In this document: positions 51,791 through 64,000 of the stretch, piece by piece
How positions within the stretch are numbered: the stretch's first letter is position 1
How the letters are laid out: every line of letters starts with the position of its first letter
NCBI RefSeq assembly: GCF_006345805.1
Contig: NC_043001.1
Location: 126,046,001 to 126,110,000, forward strand
Length of the DNA stretch: 64,000 nucleotides
DNA from: Octopus sinensis
Taxonomy: Eukaryota
Reading direction: 5' to 3'
Translations under genes and position numbers: made by a program
The notes under the pieces: model-generated
Told to the model about the DNA's origin: nothing
What the model saw: the letters and a program-made list of their open reading frames with translations, nothing else
The model's database searches: none

Positions 51791-53631
51791 TGTCCTTGAG
51801 CAAAGTACTTCATTTCACATTGGTTTGGAAATATGCTGTGCTTGAGAAAACCCGGCAAGTTAAGTGAGATTGCATCTATGGTCTATGCCAGTGTCACATA
51901 ACCGGCCCTTTTAAAAGTTCCCTTCAATCGTTGAGCAATGTGCTGTGCTTGAGAAGACCTCTTGAGTCAAGTAAAATCACTATTGTGGCCAATGCCAGTA
52001 CTACCTGACTGCCACCTGTGTTGGTGGCATGTAAAAATCACCATTTGAGTGTATTAGGAAGGACATCAAGCTCTAGAAACCTTGCCAGATCAGATTGGGG
52101 CCTAGTGCAGCCTCTTGGCTTGCCACTCCTCAGTCAAACTGTCCAACCCATGTCAGCATGGAAAGTGGACGTTAAACGACAATGATGATGAGGATGATTA
52201 TTTAATAACAATTAAAGACTTGTAGGAACACAATATTTCGTTATGCAACTATAATATCTATTTCTTTATTACCCACAAGAGGCTAAACACAGAGGGGACA
52301 AACAAGGACAGACATAGGTATTAAGTCGATTACATCGACCCCAGTGCGTAATTGGTACTTAATTTATCGACCCCGAAAGGATGAAAGGCAAAGTCGACCT
52401 CGGCGGAATTTGAACTCAGAATGTAACGGCAGACGACATACCGCTAAGCATTTCACCCGGCGTGCTAACGTTTCTGCCAGCTCGCAACTATTATATACTA
52501 CAGAGTATATTAAACGTTTTTGTATAAGTCAGTACTGTTCTACTGTGTTAGCAGTGCTATTACATCACTTGTTAAGGTCATCTCTACAGATTTTCAATAA
52601 AAATTATAGCCAGCACTAATTTTGTTATAACATTTTATATCTGAAACGCTGCAACAAAGTCAGTGCTAGCTATAATTCCTATAGAAAATTCGTAGAGATG
52701 AACTTAACAAGTATTTGATAACAGTTTGATTTTGCTTGATACAACTTAATGTTTCATAGGCTTGTCATATGTCTGAAAAAAAAACACACTGTAAAAGTTT
52801 GAGCAGTAATGCATTAACATGAAGTTAAATATATGTTGGTCATAGAGTGATGAATGGTCTTGCATTGGCCACTCTACGAACAAACATGTTTTTAACTTCT
52901 TGTAAACATGCGCAGGAGTGGCTGTGTGGTAAGTAGCTTGTCTACCAACCACATGGTTCCGGGTTCAGTCCCACTGCATGGCACCTTGGGCAAGTGTCTT
53001 CTACTATAGCCTCGGGCCGACCAAAGCCTTGTGAGTGGATTTGGTAGACGGAAACTGAAAGAAGCCCGTTGTATATATGTATATATATATATGCGTGTGT
53101 GTGTTTGTGTGTCTGTGTTTGTCCCCTAGCATTGCTTGACAACCGATGCTGGTGTGTTTATGTCCCCGTTACTTAGCGGTTCGGCAAAAGAGACTGATAG
53201 AATAAGTACTGGGCTTACAAAAGAATAAGTCCCGGGGTCGAGTTGCTCGACTAAAGGTGGTGCTCCAGCATGGCCGCAGTCAAATGACTGAAACAAGTAT
53301 ACACACACACATACATATATACAACAGGCTTCTTTCAGTTTCTGTCTACCAAATTCACTCACAAGGCTTTGGTCGGCCCGAGGCTATAGTAGAAGACACT
53401 TGCCCAAGGTGCCACGCAGTGGGACTGAACCCGGAACCATGTGGTTGGTAAACAAGCTACTTACCACACAGCCACTCCTGCGCCTATATATATATATCAA
53501 TAATTTACAAAATAAGGGCAAAAGAAAAATTCTAATGCCAAATATGCCGCAAAAAAGGCAAAAATTGTCAATAACCATTATAATTTATGCGTCTCGAAAC
53601 AAACCGACAGAAATTTCTAAAAAATCCGTTA

Positions 53632-53692
53632 TTACCGTATTGGTCCCAATTTCGGGGTTAATTCATAAGAATTTTCCCCTCTTCAGCGATAA
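53632..53692 (-). ncRNA. Type I hammerhead ribozyme motif, antisense to the ALPK1 intron, intact stems
   Basis: Minus strand reads UUAUCG-CUGAAGA-GGGG...CCCC-GAAA-UUGGGACCAA-UA-CGGUAA: full core, AUA triplet, 6-bp stem I. Confidence 0.82.
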
Positions 53693-53775
53693 ATACGTGA
53701 GATATAAGTGAAATACTTACTCATACTTGCTTTTTCCATGGGTATGAGTAAGTATTTCACTTATATCTCACGTAT

Positions 53776-53836
53776 TTATCACTGAAGAGGGGAAAATTCT
53801 TATGAATTAACCCCGAAATTGGGACCAATACGGTAA
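53776..53836 (+). ncRNA. Type I hammerhead ribozyme motif, sense in the ALPK1 intron, stem I closing pair mutated
   Basis: Inverted copy of 53632-53692. CTGAAGA at 53782, GAAA at 53815. G>A at 53781 gives an A-C mismatch next to the core. Confidence 0.75.
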
Positions 53837-54372
53837 TAATGGATTTTTTAGAAATTTCTATCGGTTTGTTTCGAGACGCATAAATTATAATGGTTATTGA
53901 CAATTTTTGTCTTTTTTTCGACATATTTGGCATTAGAATTTTTCTTTTGCCCTTATTTTGTAAATTATTAATAAATTTAACCTTTAAAGGTATTTTTTGA
54001 TATGCTGGCCATTGATAAAAATTTTTTTCCCGGAAAAAAAAATTTTATATATATATATAACTTTATTCTTTGATTGATTTCAGTTACTGGACTGAAGCTA
54101 TGCAAATGGAGTGCAATAAACATCTTGGAGGTTGTTTATCAATTACTATTTGTTGAACCTGTTAAGTTATAAGACAATAAGGGAGATGATATAAGCAGTA
54201 ACATCATTTTTGTTGTTCTTTTAGACTAATATAGGCATAAACACAAACAAGAACATAGATCTATGCAAGCCATGATTTCTTTAACTCTGTCACCCTTTCA
54301 AATGTAAAATCTGTTTGAATAGATTAACATAGAGTAACTGTTCAAATACAATTCTTCTTTGCACCATTCTAG

Positions 54373-54526
54373 ATGCTGTTTTATACCACTACAATCCAGT
54401 GACATCTATGTGGTATATCCAAGACACGATAGTTTATATAAGTAAAGAGCTCTCTGTTGGCAAAAAAGGTGGCTTCCGAGATGTTTATGAAATGAACTTT
54501 CTGCATCAAGATGAACCACTTGGAAG
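54373..54526 (+). CDS. ALPK1: ALPK1-like exon 9, alpha-kinase N-lobe (NAVLYHYNPVTSMWYIQDTIVYISKELSVGKKGGFRDVYEMNFLHQDEPLG)
   Basis: Hand translation (absent from ORF track). ccattctag acceptor, gaag|gtttgt donor (phase 2). Matches human WTAQETIVYLG...[22 protein letters not shown]. Confidence 0.92.
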
Positions 54527-54576
54527 GTTTGTATTTATTTATTATCTGTTTATTTAATCTGTATTGGAGTATATAT

Positions 54577-54808
54577 TTCTTTACTGCCCAGAAGGGGTTA
54601 AAAACATAGAGGGGACAAACAAGGACAGACGAAGGGATTGAGTCGATTATATCACCCCCAGCGCGAAACTGGTATTTTATTTATTGACCCCGAAAGGATG
54701 AAAAGCAAAGTTGACCTCGGCGGAATTTTAACTCAGAATGTAATGACAGACGAAATACCGCTAAGCATTTTGCCCGGCGTGCTAACGTGTCTGCCAGCTC
54801 GCCGCCTT
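54577..54808 (-). mobile_element. SINE family A, immediately downstream of the tRNA-Leu copy
   Basis: Family A consensus; head starts about 13 nt after the tRNA 3' end on the same strand. Confidence 0.88.
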
Positions 54809-54820
54809 AAAAGCATCAAA

Positions 54821-54902
54821 TGGCAGTGGTGGGATTTGAACCCACGCCTCCGAAGAGACTGGTGCCTTAAACCAGCGCCTTAGACCGCTCGGCCACCCTA
54901 AG
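54821..54902 (-). pseudogene. tRNA-Leu(AAG) copy, probably a pseudogene
   Basis: D arm, anticodon stem CTGGT/ACCAG with loop TTAAGGC, and long variable arm are typical of eukaryotic tRNA-Leu(AAG). The acceptor stem has 3 mismatches (CTTAGGG vs CACTGCC) and the T-loop reads TTCAAAT. No encoded CCA. Confidence 0.8.
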
Positions 54903-55146
54903 TTCACCCCATTAATGGTCACTTGTTGCTTACATCCAGATTAATGAGATAGATGACCAAAGACCAAGCCAACTGAAATGTAATGTAGATATAAATATTA
55001 AAAAAATGTTTGTCTTGGGAAATGATGTTAACAGAATGTTGATAGACTAAAAAATTATAATCATCTGAGCAGGTGCTGAAAAGTTTCTGGTTTTGAGTAA
55101 AAGAAAATACAGGAGGATCAGTTATTTATGATTTTATTCAACATAT

Positions 55147-55562
55147 AGGTGCAGGAGTGGCTGTGTGGTAAGTAGCTTGTTTACCAACCATATGGTTCTG
55201 GGTTCAGTCCCACTGCGTGGCACCTTGGGCAAGTGTCTTCTGCTATAGCCCCGGGCCGACCAATGCCTTGTGAGTGGATTTGGTAGACGGAAACTGAAAG
55301 AAGCCTGTCGTATATATGTATATATATGTATGTGTGTGTATATGTTTGCGTGTCTGTGTTTGTCCCCCTAGCATTGCTTGACAACCGATGCTGGTGTGTT
55401 TACGTCGCTGTCACTTAGCGGTTCGGCAAAAGAGACCGATAGAATAAGTACTGGGCTTACAAAGAATAAGTCCCGGGGTCGATTTGCTCGACTAAAGGCG
55501 GTGCTCCAGCATGGCCGCAGTCAAATGACTGAAACAAGTAAAAGAGTAAAGAGTAAAAGAGT
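55147..55562 (+). mobile_element. tRNA-derived SINE family B, full length (internal TA/TG microsatellite, (AAAAGAGT)n-like tail)
   Basis: Head taggtgcaggagtggctgtgtggtaag...ggttcagtccc, CORE-like ttgggcaagtg block, tail gaaacaagtaaaagagtaaagagt. Confidence 0.9.
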
Positions 55563-55775
55563 ATATTCCCCTCTCAGATTCACATACTTATTGCAGTGGC
55601 CCATCAGTTTTTCTAAGGCCTGCAAAAGAACTGGGACGGTTGGGCCTCCAACCAGGCCTTTCACGACACCCTTAAAGCCATGAACTTCTCAGCATCCCCT
55701 TGTATTTACTAACTGTATTTTACTAATCAAACCTGTTTTTGTTTGCTTATGGGTGTATTTTGCGTTTCATTCTAG

Positions 55776-56304
55776 ATACATTTGCAAACGTTACCGAAAA
55801 GAGAAAGATCCACTTGATTATATTGATGATGTTAAATGCCAGATGGAAGCAGGCCTTTATGTGACATACTTCAATCAAGCTCTCAAATCTTACCAATCTG
55901 ATATTCGCATTCATTACCTCCCTGCTGCTTACATGCATCTATTGGATGCCAATGGAGATGTAGAGTTCTGGGTAAACATTGAACCATTTGTAGAGGGTGA
56001 ATTTCTGAAATTGACCAATAACTATGATTACTGTAATCCTAGAGGACGTGACATGTCAACAGCTTTTACTCACTTCACATATTTTAAGTCTGCTGGCAAA
56101 TTAATGGTTGTTGATCTACAAGGCTGGTTACCATGGGGTGTACAGAATATAATTTATCTCACAGATCCCCAGTTTCACACTGTTACAGGGGATAGCAGCA
56201 CATTTGATTTTGGAATTGATGGTTTCAAAGTTTTCTTTAATAAGGTTCACCCAAAATGCAATCATATTTGTGAAACACTTAAATTGGAGAGACCTGACTT
56301 TTGA
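55776..56304 (+). CDS. ALPK1: ALPK1-like exon 10, alpha-kinase catalytic domain to stop (YICK...EPFVEGEFLKLTNN...HFTY...VVDLQG...YLTDPQFH...DFGIDG...CNHIC)
   Basis: Alpha-kinase motifs intact: catalytic Lys in YICK, VVDLQG, TDPQ, xFGxxG, His/His/Cys/Cys zinc ligands. ttcattctag|a acceptor completes AG+A; TGA at 56302-56304. Confidence 0.96.
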
Positions 56305-56556
56305 TTTTTTTTTTCTCCCTACATGACTTGTATATTTAATGACTCATATTTCTATCAAATCATCGTTTTCAAAAATGGATTGACAGAATTGTTAGCATGT
56401 TGGAGAAAACAGCTCACAATATCTAGTTATAGTCTTTTATGTTCTGAGTTCAAATCTTACCAAGGTTAACTTTGCCTTTCATCATTCTGGGATGATTAAA
56501 ATAAAGTACCATTCTACTATAGGGATCAGTTGAAAAAGGCCTTGTACCTAAATCAG

Positions 56557-56562
56557 AATAAA
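56557..56562 (+). terminator. Candidate polyadenylation signal (AATAAA) for ALPK1-like
   Basis: AATAAA about 250 nt after the stop codon; no transcript evidence. Confidence 0.3.
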
Positions 56563-59500
56563 AAGTACATTACAATTGACAAAAATTGCTGGAGTGATAT
56601 AAGCAATAATAATAATTATTATTGTTATATTTGGAGATGATCATATTTTTGCCGATTAACCACATGCACTATACACTTGGTCTTCACTTCAGCTTTATTA
56701 GTATACTTATTTTAGTGTCTTTTATCTAAACCTTTCATCACACATCCTGTCACCTCTTCAGTGACACTCCATCCCATGTGTCTCCTCCAGTTCTGTTTAG
56801 ACCAATCTCAGGCAATGGGTTGGCAAAATCATTAGATCAATGGGAAACATACCTTTCAGTATTTTTTCTGGTGCTTTACATTCTGAGCTCAAACTTCACT
56901 GAGGTTAACTTTGCTTTTTATCCTACTATATATATATATACTAGCAGTATCGCCCGGCGTTGCTCGGGTCTGTAAGGGAAATAACTATATAAGCATTTTT
57001 AGAGAGTTACTTCCCTTATATAAACCGAGCAAAAAATGCATTAAAAATGTGGAAAAATGATGGTAAATTTTTTTTTAAATCGTAGACTCATTGTAAACGC
57101 GTGCTAATACTCAGAAGGGCTCAATATGAATCACGACTATAAGATACCCGCTTTTGGTTAAACTGCACCGCAAAATGTGGGAGTAGTTAGGAATCTAAAT
57201 CGGAGTAGACAGACACACACACAACTTCAGTTTTATATATAAAGATATTTTATTTTAAGGCAGTGGTTAGCAGAATCGATAGAGTACCAAAACAATGTCT
57301 TGTATGTATCTAATTACGTCCCTTTATGTTCTGAGTTTGAAATTCTACTGTAGTTGGCCTAAACCAAAGGTTCTCAATCATTTTTTACCTACAGACACCT
57401 TTCATTACTATTTTATTCTGGTGGAGCCCCACAGCTATCCGATGTTTAAAATTTCGTTTTTCACACATTCCTTTGTGTCGGTTGAACTCTTTACTCTTAC
57501 TCTTTTACTTCATTTCATGTTGCTCCAGTCCACTCAGCTGGCAAAAATGAGTAATCCTGCGATAGACTGGCATCCCTTCCAGGTGGGAAATATATAGGCC
57601 ATGAAATCAATTCCTTTACTACCCACAAGGGGCTACACACAGAAAGGACAAACAAACAGACAAACAGATTAAGTCGATTATATCGACCCCAGTGCGTAAC
57701 TGGTACTTATTTAATCGACCCCAAAAGGATGAAAGGCAAAGTCGACCTCGGCGGAATTTGAACTCAGAACGTAGCGGCAGACGAAATACTGCTAAGCATT
57801 TCGCCCGACGTGCTAACGTTTCTGCCAGCTCGCCGCCTTATATAGGCCATGAAACCGGGAAAGCAACCATTATGAGTCAGCATGATTTTGGAAGGTAACT
57901 TTATTGTCAATGTTAGCCATATCTCTCTACAGACATGCAAGATATACGTGCAGGTCTGGGCAAGTGTTTTTGAGGAAGGTTAGCAGTTGAAGTTGCATTC
58001 AAGCTTCCCCTCTGTATACCTATTTCTTTATTACCCACAAGGGGCTAAACACAGAGGGGACAAACAAGGACAGACATAGGTATTAAGTCGATTACATCGA
58101 CCCCAGTGCATAACTGGTACTTAATTTATCGACCCCGAAAGGATGAAAGGCAAAGTCGACCTCGGCGGAATTTGAACTCACAACGTAACGCAGACGAAAT
58201 ACCGCTAAGCTTTTCGCCCGGCGCGCTAACGATTCTGCCAGCTTGCCCCTCTGTATACCATTGATTTTTACCCAAGGGGAAGGTTACTGATTTAGGCAGA
58301 TACAGCTTGGCATGATTTTTTTGTGCTGTCATTGCTGTCAGAACACTAAATGCCAGAGTAGATGCCACAAGGCATCATGCTCTATCCTCTCACATTTTCA
58401 CCTGGGTTAGTATTTTCACCAGCCCTGGGTTAGTATTTTTTTTAACCCCTAAAGAAAGTGAAAGGCAAAATTTGAATATTCTGAATTGCAGTACCTCCAC
58501 AGAATTACAGACAATATAATATTTTGACAAACTATTAATGTCAAATAATGTTTTTATTTAGAACTAGCAGTATCGCCTGGCGTTGCTCAGGTTTGTAAGG
58601 GAAATAACTATATAAGCATTTTTAGAGAGTTACTTCCCTTATATAATAGCAAAAAAATGCATTAAAAATGGGAAAAAATGATGGTAAATATTTTTTTAAA
58701 TCGTAGACTCATCGTAGACACGCGCTAATACTCGGAAGGGCTCGATATGAATCACGACTATAAGATACCCGCTTTTGGTTAAACTGCACCGCAAAATGTG
58801 GGAGTAGTTAGGAATCTAAATCGTAGGAGACAGACACTCACACAACTTCACTTTTATATATAAAGATATAAATGTAGAAGCATGAAGAAACATATAAATA
58901 AGTCATTAACAGTGTATCTTGAAGTGAATACAAATATGAATAATTGCTTGTGATATAGCATGAGATTAAAACATCTAATTTGATGGATGAACAATGGAAG
59001 GTTACTTTGGTGCATTTGAAATCATATCGTCATGATTACCAAACATGCATGGTTTGAATTCTCTGAGTAGCTCTCTGCTTTTTTTGGCATACAAGGTTTT
59101 ATTCCAATAAGCAGTTATTTAAAGCTGTGTTTGTATTGAGATACATCATTAAATGACTTTTTTAATATTGTATGTATTTATTGTATGATATTACTAACAA
59201 TTCACTTTCTTTTGATTGCTATCTATTATACAATTCCTACCATATTCTTAAACTTATAATACATTGAAGTACAAACTATTGTATAAAATAATACTCATAG
59301 AAGCTTGACTTATTAAAAAATAGCATATTATTTGAGAGAATCATTAGAGCATTGGATTGAATATTTTACTGTATTTGTTCTAAATCTTTGCTCTTTGAGT
59401 TCAAATCCCGCCAAAGTCAAATTTCCCTTTCATCCTTTTGGGGCCAATAGATGAAGTACATGTGCAGAGAAGTGGATTGGTGTAATTAGAGCAGTGGGTG

Positions 59501-60029
59501 AAATTCTTATAGAATCTGTTCCAATTCTTTGAATTCTGAGTTCAAATCCTGCTTACTCTACCTGGACAAAAATAGCGACATTTTTGTCATACTCAACATA
59601 GAGTATTAGTATTAATAACTGAAAAACCAATGAAAACAATTAAGCAATTTCATTAGTGTGGTTAGAAGATTGGTTCTGACGTGATATAATGAATTTACTT
59701 TCAATGATGAAGACACTCTTTTTTTTAGCTTACTGTAAGCTGCTGATATGTTGAAAATGTGATACTTATACACTTTGATACTATTTTTATATTCTTTTAT
59801 ACTTTTATAATTTTATCCTTTTGTTCTTTTGTCCTTTTATTTGTTTCAGTCATTTAACTGTGGCCATGCTGTAACATCACCCCAAAGGGTTTTAGTCAAC
59901 TTAGTGCTTAATTTTAAGTATGGTACTTATTCTATTGATGTGTACTTATTCTATTGAACCAATAAGTTTTGGGGATGTTAACAAACCAACACAGACAAAC
60001 ACAAAGGTACTCCCTACCACAAACACGCG

Positions 60030-60099
60030 CACACACATGCATGCATACACACACACACAGATACATGCATGCATGAGTAAATATATATGTATGAATGTA

Positions 60100-60141
<42 letters not shown>

Positions 60142-60204
60142 TGTATGTATCTATATATGTGTATGTATATATATATATCTAAACATACATACATACATAC
60201 AAAC

Positions 60205-60252
<48 letters not shown>

Positions 60253-60343
60253 GTACATGTATGTATGTATATATATATTATATAATGTATCTATATGTAT
60301 ATATATATATGTATGTATCTATGTGTGTATGTATGTATGTATG

Positions 60344-60387
<44 letters not shown>

Positions 60388-60394
60388 CTGTGTG

Positions 60395-60432
<38 letters not shown>

Positions 60433-60715
60433 TAGATACATATATATTATATATATTATATGTCTAGACAACACACACATACACACACATAATATATATA
60501 TATATATATTATATATATATATTATATATATATATTTATATTATCTATATATTTATTATATATATTATATATTTATATATATATTAATATATTTTATATA
60601 TATATGTGTATGTGTGTGTGTGTCTAGACATATGATATATATAATATTATATGTATCTATGTGTGTGTGTATAATATATATATATATATCTACACACAGA
60701 TACATACATATATAG
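60030..60715. repeat. Compound (TA)n/(TG)n/(CA)n low-complexity tract
   Basis: Direct inspection. Confidence 0.95.
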
Positions 60716-61318
60716 CTATGGTAAGACCTCTCCTGGAATTTGCATCACCGGTCTGGAACCCCTATCTTGCCCAGGATATCAATCGTGTGGAAGCCGTTCA
60801 GCAGCGTGCAACCAAGAGAATACCCTCCATCAGGCATTTGCCATATTCTGAACGCCTTACTTCCCTGGGCATGGACACGTTGAAACTCCGACGTCTGGCA
60901 GCTGACTTGGCAGACACCCATAAAATTATTAACCATCTTACTAACAATAACTCTGGAACCTTTTCAAACTCCACCCGTCTAAACACCCTGGACATATTTA
61001 CCAAGTTCAGAAAACAGCACAGCTCCCATGACTTTAGGAAACATTTTTTCACGCTGAGAGTTGCTGAAGCATGGCACAAACTGCCGGCATCGGTTGTTAG
61101 TTGCCGAAGCACTGCATCCTTCAAAACTTCCATGCTTCCTGAGATTCGCCAACACTACACCTGATTTTTCTCCCCTCCATACACATGCAAGCATGTATCT
61201 GACTCATACATTGTTCACTTTCCAGACATTTGTACATTACTGCATATGCTTTATACGCACTTTCTGACAAGTTGTGGTGCACCTGAGCACTGTATACAAT
61301 AATTTCATTATTATTATT
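60716..61318 (+). mobile_element. CR1-clade LINE 3' fragment (RT C-terminus, 3' UTR, (ATT)n tail)
   Basis: VRPLLEFASPVWNPY...VQQRATKRI...YSERL...FFTLRVAEAWHKLP; ends tttcattattattattat. Confidence 0.9.
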
Positions 61319-61320
61319 AT

Positions 61321-61500
61321 AAAAGGCTTTTTAGCGCTTTGAAGGACTTACACCCATCATTAGAGCCCGATGCCTTAATGGTTGATTTCGAGAAAGCAAT
61401 TATCAATGCTTTCTGTGATATATTTCCAACAACTAATATAACAGGCTGTTTATTTCATTTGGCTAGGAATATCTATTGTCACATTGTGGATATAGTGGCT
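61321..61500 (+). mobile_element. MULE (Mutator-like) transposase fragment
   Basis: Hand translation gives LEPDALMVDFEKAIINAFCDIFPTTNITGCLFHLARNIY, the typical DFE...GCxFH motif. Confidence 0.8.
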
Positions 61501-62297
61501 TGTTAAATAAAGATCAATAGTATAATTAGTACCAGGTTCAAATAAGTGCTAGACTTGATTCAGTCACCTATAATCCATATGGATTCGTAAAGTTTGCCGT
61601 AAACAATTTTGCTACACAATGGCCAAAAATCCTGAGAGGCAAACTTTCCTAGAACCGCGAGAATTGCCTCCCTTGGAATCTATCTCGTTGTAGTTACCTC
61701 CCTTCATATAACTAACAATGATTTCATATTGAGTATTTAAAAATCTTGCTCTTATATTTCTTACACAAAGCCTCATATTTACAGAAATAAATGGAAACAT
61801 AATTCAAGTCAAATTCACGTCGACAGGACAACAGTCAGTAAGAGTCTCGGCTTGCGGCATCTGCAACCTAGAAATTATTACGAATTGACGTATTTACTCG
61901 GTTCTAGGAAAGTTTGCTGCAAGCATTTTTGCAGCAGGAAAATTTGCCTCAAGATTTGAATTATGTTTATAATTCAATAGGTAAAAGAGTGAACGTCACA
62001 ACTTCCCATTTATTTCTGTAAGTATGAGGCTTTGTGTGAGAAATATAAGATCGGATTTTTAAATACTGAATACGAAATCATTGCTATTTATATGAAGGAA
62101 GGGAACTACAACGAGACAGATTCCAAGGGAGGCAATTCTCGCGGTTCTCGGTTCTCTCAGGATTTTTGGCCATTGTGTAGCAAAATTGTTTACGGCAAAC
62201 TTTACGAACCCATATGGATTATAGGTGACCGAATCAAGTCTATCACTTATTTGAACCTGGTACTAATTTTATTATTGATCTTTATTTAACAAGCCAC
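61496..62297. mobile_element. Fold-back/MITE with about 300-bp inverted arms, interrupting the MULE fragment
   Basis: Arms about 61496-61797 and 62004-62297 (gtggcttgttaaataaagatcaat / attgatctttatttaacaagccac). Confidence 0.75.
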
Positions 62298-63513
62298 TCA
62301 GGGATCTTTTCCTTTTGAACGGCAGATGTCAACACAATTTCTAGTTAACTAAACACTTTTAAACTTCGTATACTGGTAGAATGTGTTTATGAAACATCAT
62401 TTTCTCTTGGTTTTATTGAGAAAATTCTTTAGTTTGTAAGATATTTCGTCTGAAAATCCGAGTATTTCGGCAATTTTAACCAATCGATTACCTCCATTCA
62501 ACTAAAATCATTTGCTGCGTCACCAGGTCAAAATCTGTACTTGTGTGGTATCCTAATACAGGTTGTATCAATGATATTTTAAACTGGTGATAAAAAGGAG
62601 AGTTAACATCAAACTGGAATGTTTGCAACAGAGTAAGCATCCCACTCCAACGGCTTTTCACAGTTCCATCTTTGGTATTTCACTCAGCGCATTGGTTGTC
62701 TCAAAGGCTATGGTAGAAGACGCATTTCAAAGAAGCAAATACTTTGCAATCCGAATATTTTACCCATAGTACTAATGATAACAATATGATTCCCTATGGC
62801 GGCGGCGAGCTGGCAGAGACGTTAGCACGCCGGGCGAAGTGCTTCGCGGTATTTCGCCCGTCGCTACGTTCTGAGTTCAAATCCCGCCGAGGTCGACTTT
62901 GCCTTTCATCCTTTCGGGGTCGATAAATTAAGTACCAGTTACGCAATGGGGTCGATGTAATCGACCTAATCCGTTTGTCTGTCCTTGTTTGTCCCCTCTA
63001 TGTTTAGCCCCTTGTGGGTAATAAAGAAACAAATATGATTCCCTATGGCCATCCATAGGTCCTAGCAAGAGCCATGATCTTTTTCACTCTTTAGAAATAT
63101 TTTTAATTCTAATTTGCTGCAGAAACTTATTAATATTCGTAACATTGTTTCCTTATGTTTAGGATTTAGAGTGTCTTCAATTTGATTCCATTGTTAAGGC
63201 AGTTAAACACCTAATACTCGACCATTCGTCGCGACAATCATAATATTACAGATTTAATAGAATTTAAACTGTTGTTTCATATCTTTGTGTTTACATCTAA
63301 AACTGGAGTTGTCGAGTTCTCAAGCAATTATTTAAATCAGTCTGATTATTAAAGTTAAAGACAAGGTTATTATTAGCACTTCTTAATCTTTCAATGATTC
63401 TGTTACGAAAAATTGGTGTTAAAACTTCCTGTGTTGACCATGCAGAACTAAGCCTAAATGAAGAGTTTACAGTTACAACATATCAAAATAACTTCCGCGT
63501 GCATAAATTGTTT

Positions 63514-63560
<47 letters not shown>

Positions 63561-64000
63561 ATATAAATGTATGTATGTATGTGTATATATGTATTCTTAT
63601 AATATAAGGACCGATTTCTGGATTAATTCAAATGGATTCTTCCTTCGTCAGCGAGAAACACGATAAGAATAAATGGAATACTTACATATACCCACGGAAA
63701 AAGCATATGTAAAGTCATGTGCATATTTAAGTACCCCAAATATATCTAAATAAATTCTGTAGCAAGCCTCAGCACACGTGTAGACGGTCAGGAAACTCAC
63801 GTAAAGTGGTTATGAGTTCGGAAGTGAAAGGTAATAAACTTACTTCTAATATAAGGATGACATTTTTCCCAAAACATTTTATCAGTGGCCAGCATATTAA
63901 AATACCTTTTAAGGTGAAAATTATAAACAAATATAAATAAGGGCAAAAGAAAAAAAATTCTATGCCAATATGCTGATAAATAAACTTTAGATCGTCTAAC

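Larger units (their letters stand above)
53498..53968. repeat. Fold-back inverted repeat (about 225-bp arms) carrying the two hammerhead motifs
   Basis: aataatttacaaaataagggcaaaag...gtaagtatgag arms separated by a short spacer of about 15 nt near 53727-53741. Confidence 0.92.

Overview
AT-rich eukaryotic genomic DNA, dense in microsatellites and SINEs. The SINE families and repeat landscape suggest an octopus (coleoid cephalopod); this is an inference from recognition. One protein-coding gene can be reconstructed on the + strand: a 10-coding-exon ALPK1 (alpha-protein kinase 1) orthologue, about 26246-56304 and roughly 1,290 aa. All splice phases are compatible. It has the N-terminal ADP-heptose-sensing domain, a long linker containing a 20 x 45-bp coding minisatellite (with a net -1 frameshift as assembled), and a C-terminal alpha-kinase domain with the zinc-binding C-terminal motif. 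The rest is mobile DNA: several tRNA-derived SINE families, RTE, CR1 and R4/Dong LINE remnants, a full-length decayed mariner, hAT and MULE fragments, TTAA (piggyBac-type) MITEs, Helitron-like non-autonomous elements and a tRNA-Leu(AAG) pseudogene. The most notable non-coding signals are well-formed type I hammerhead ribozyme motifs (13903-13948, and an inverted pair at 53632-53836 inside an ALPK1 intron) and many fold-back inverted repeats, several carrying decayed hammerhead cores. Comparisons to human ALPK1 use the sequence as recalled and need a real alignment.
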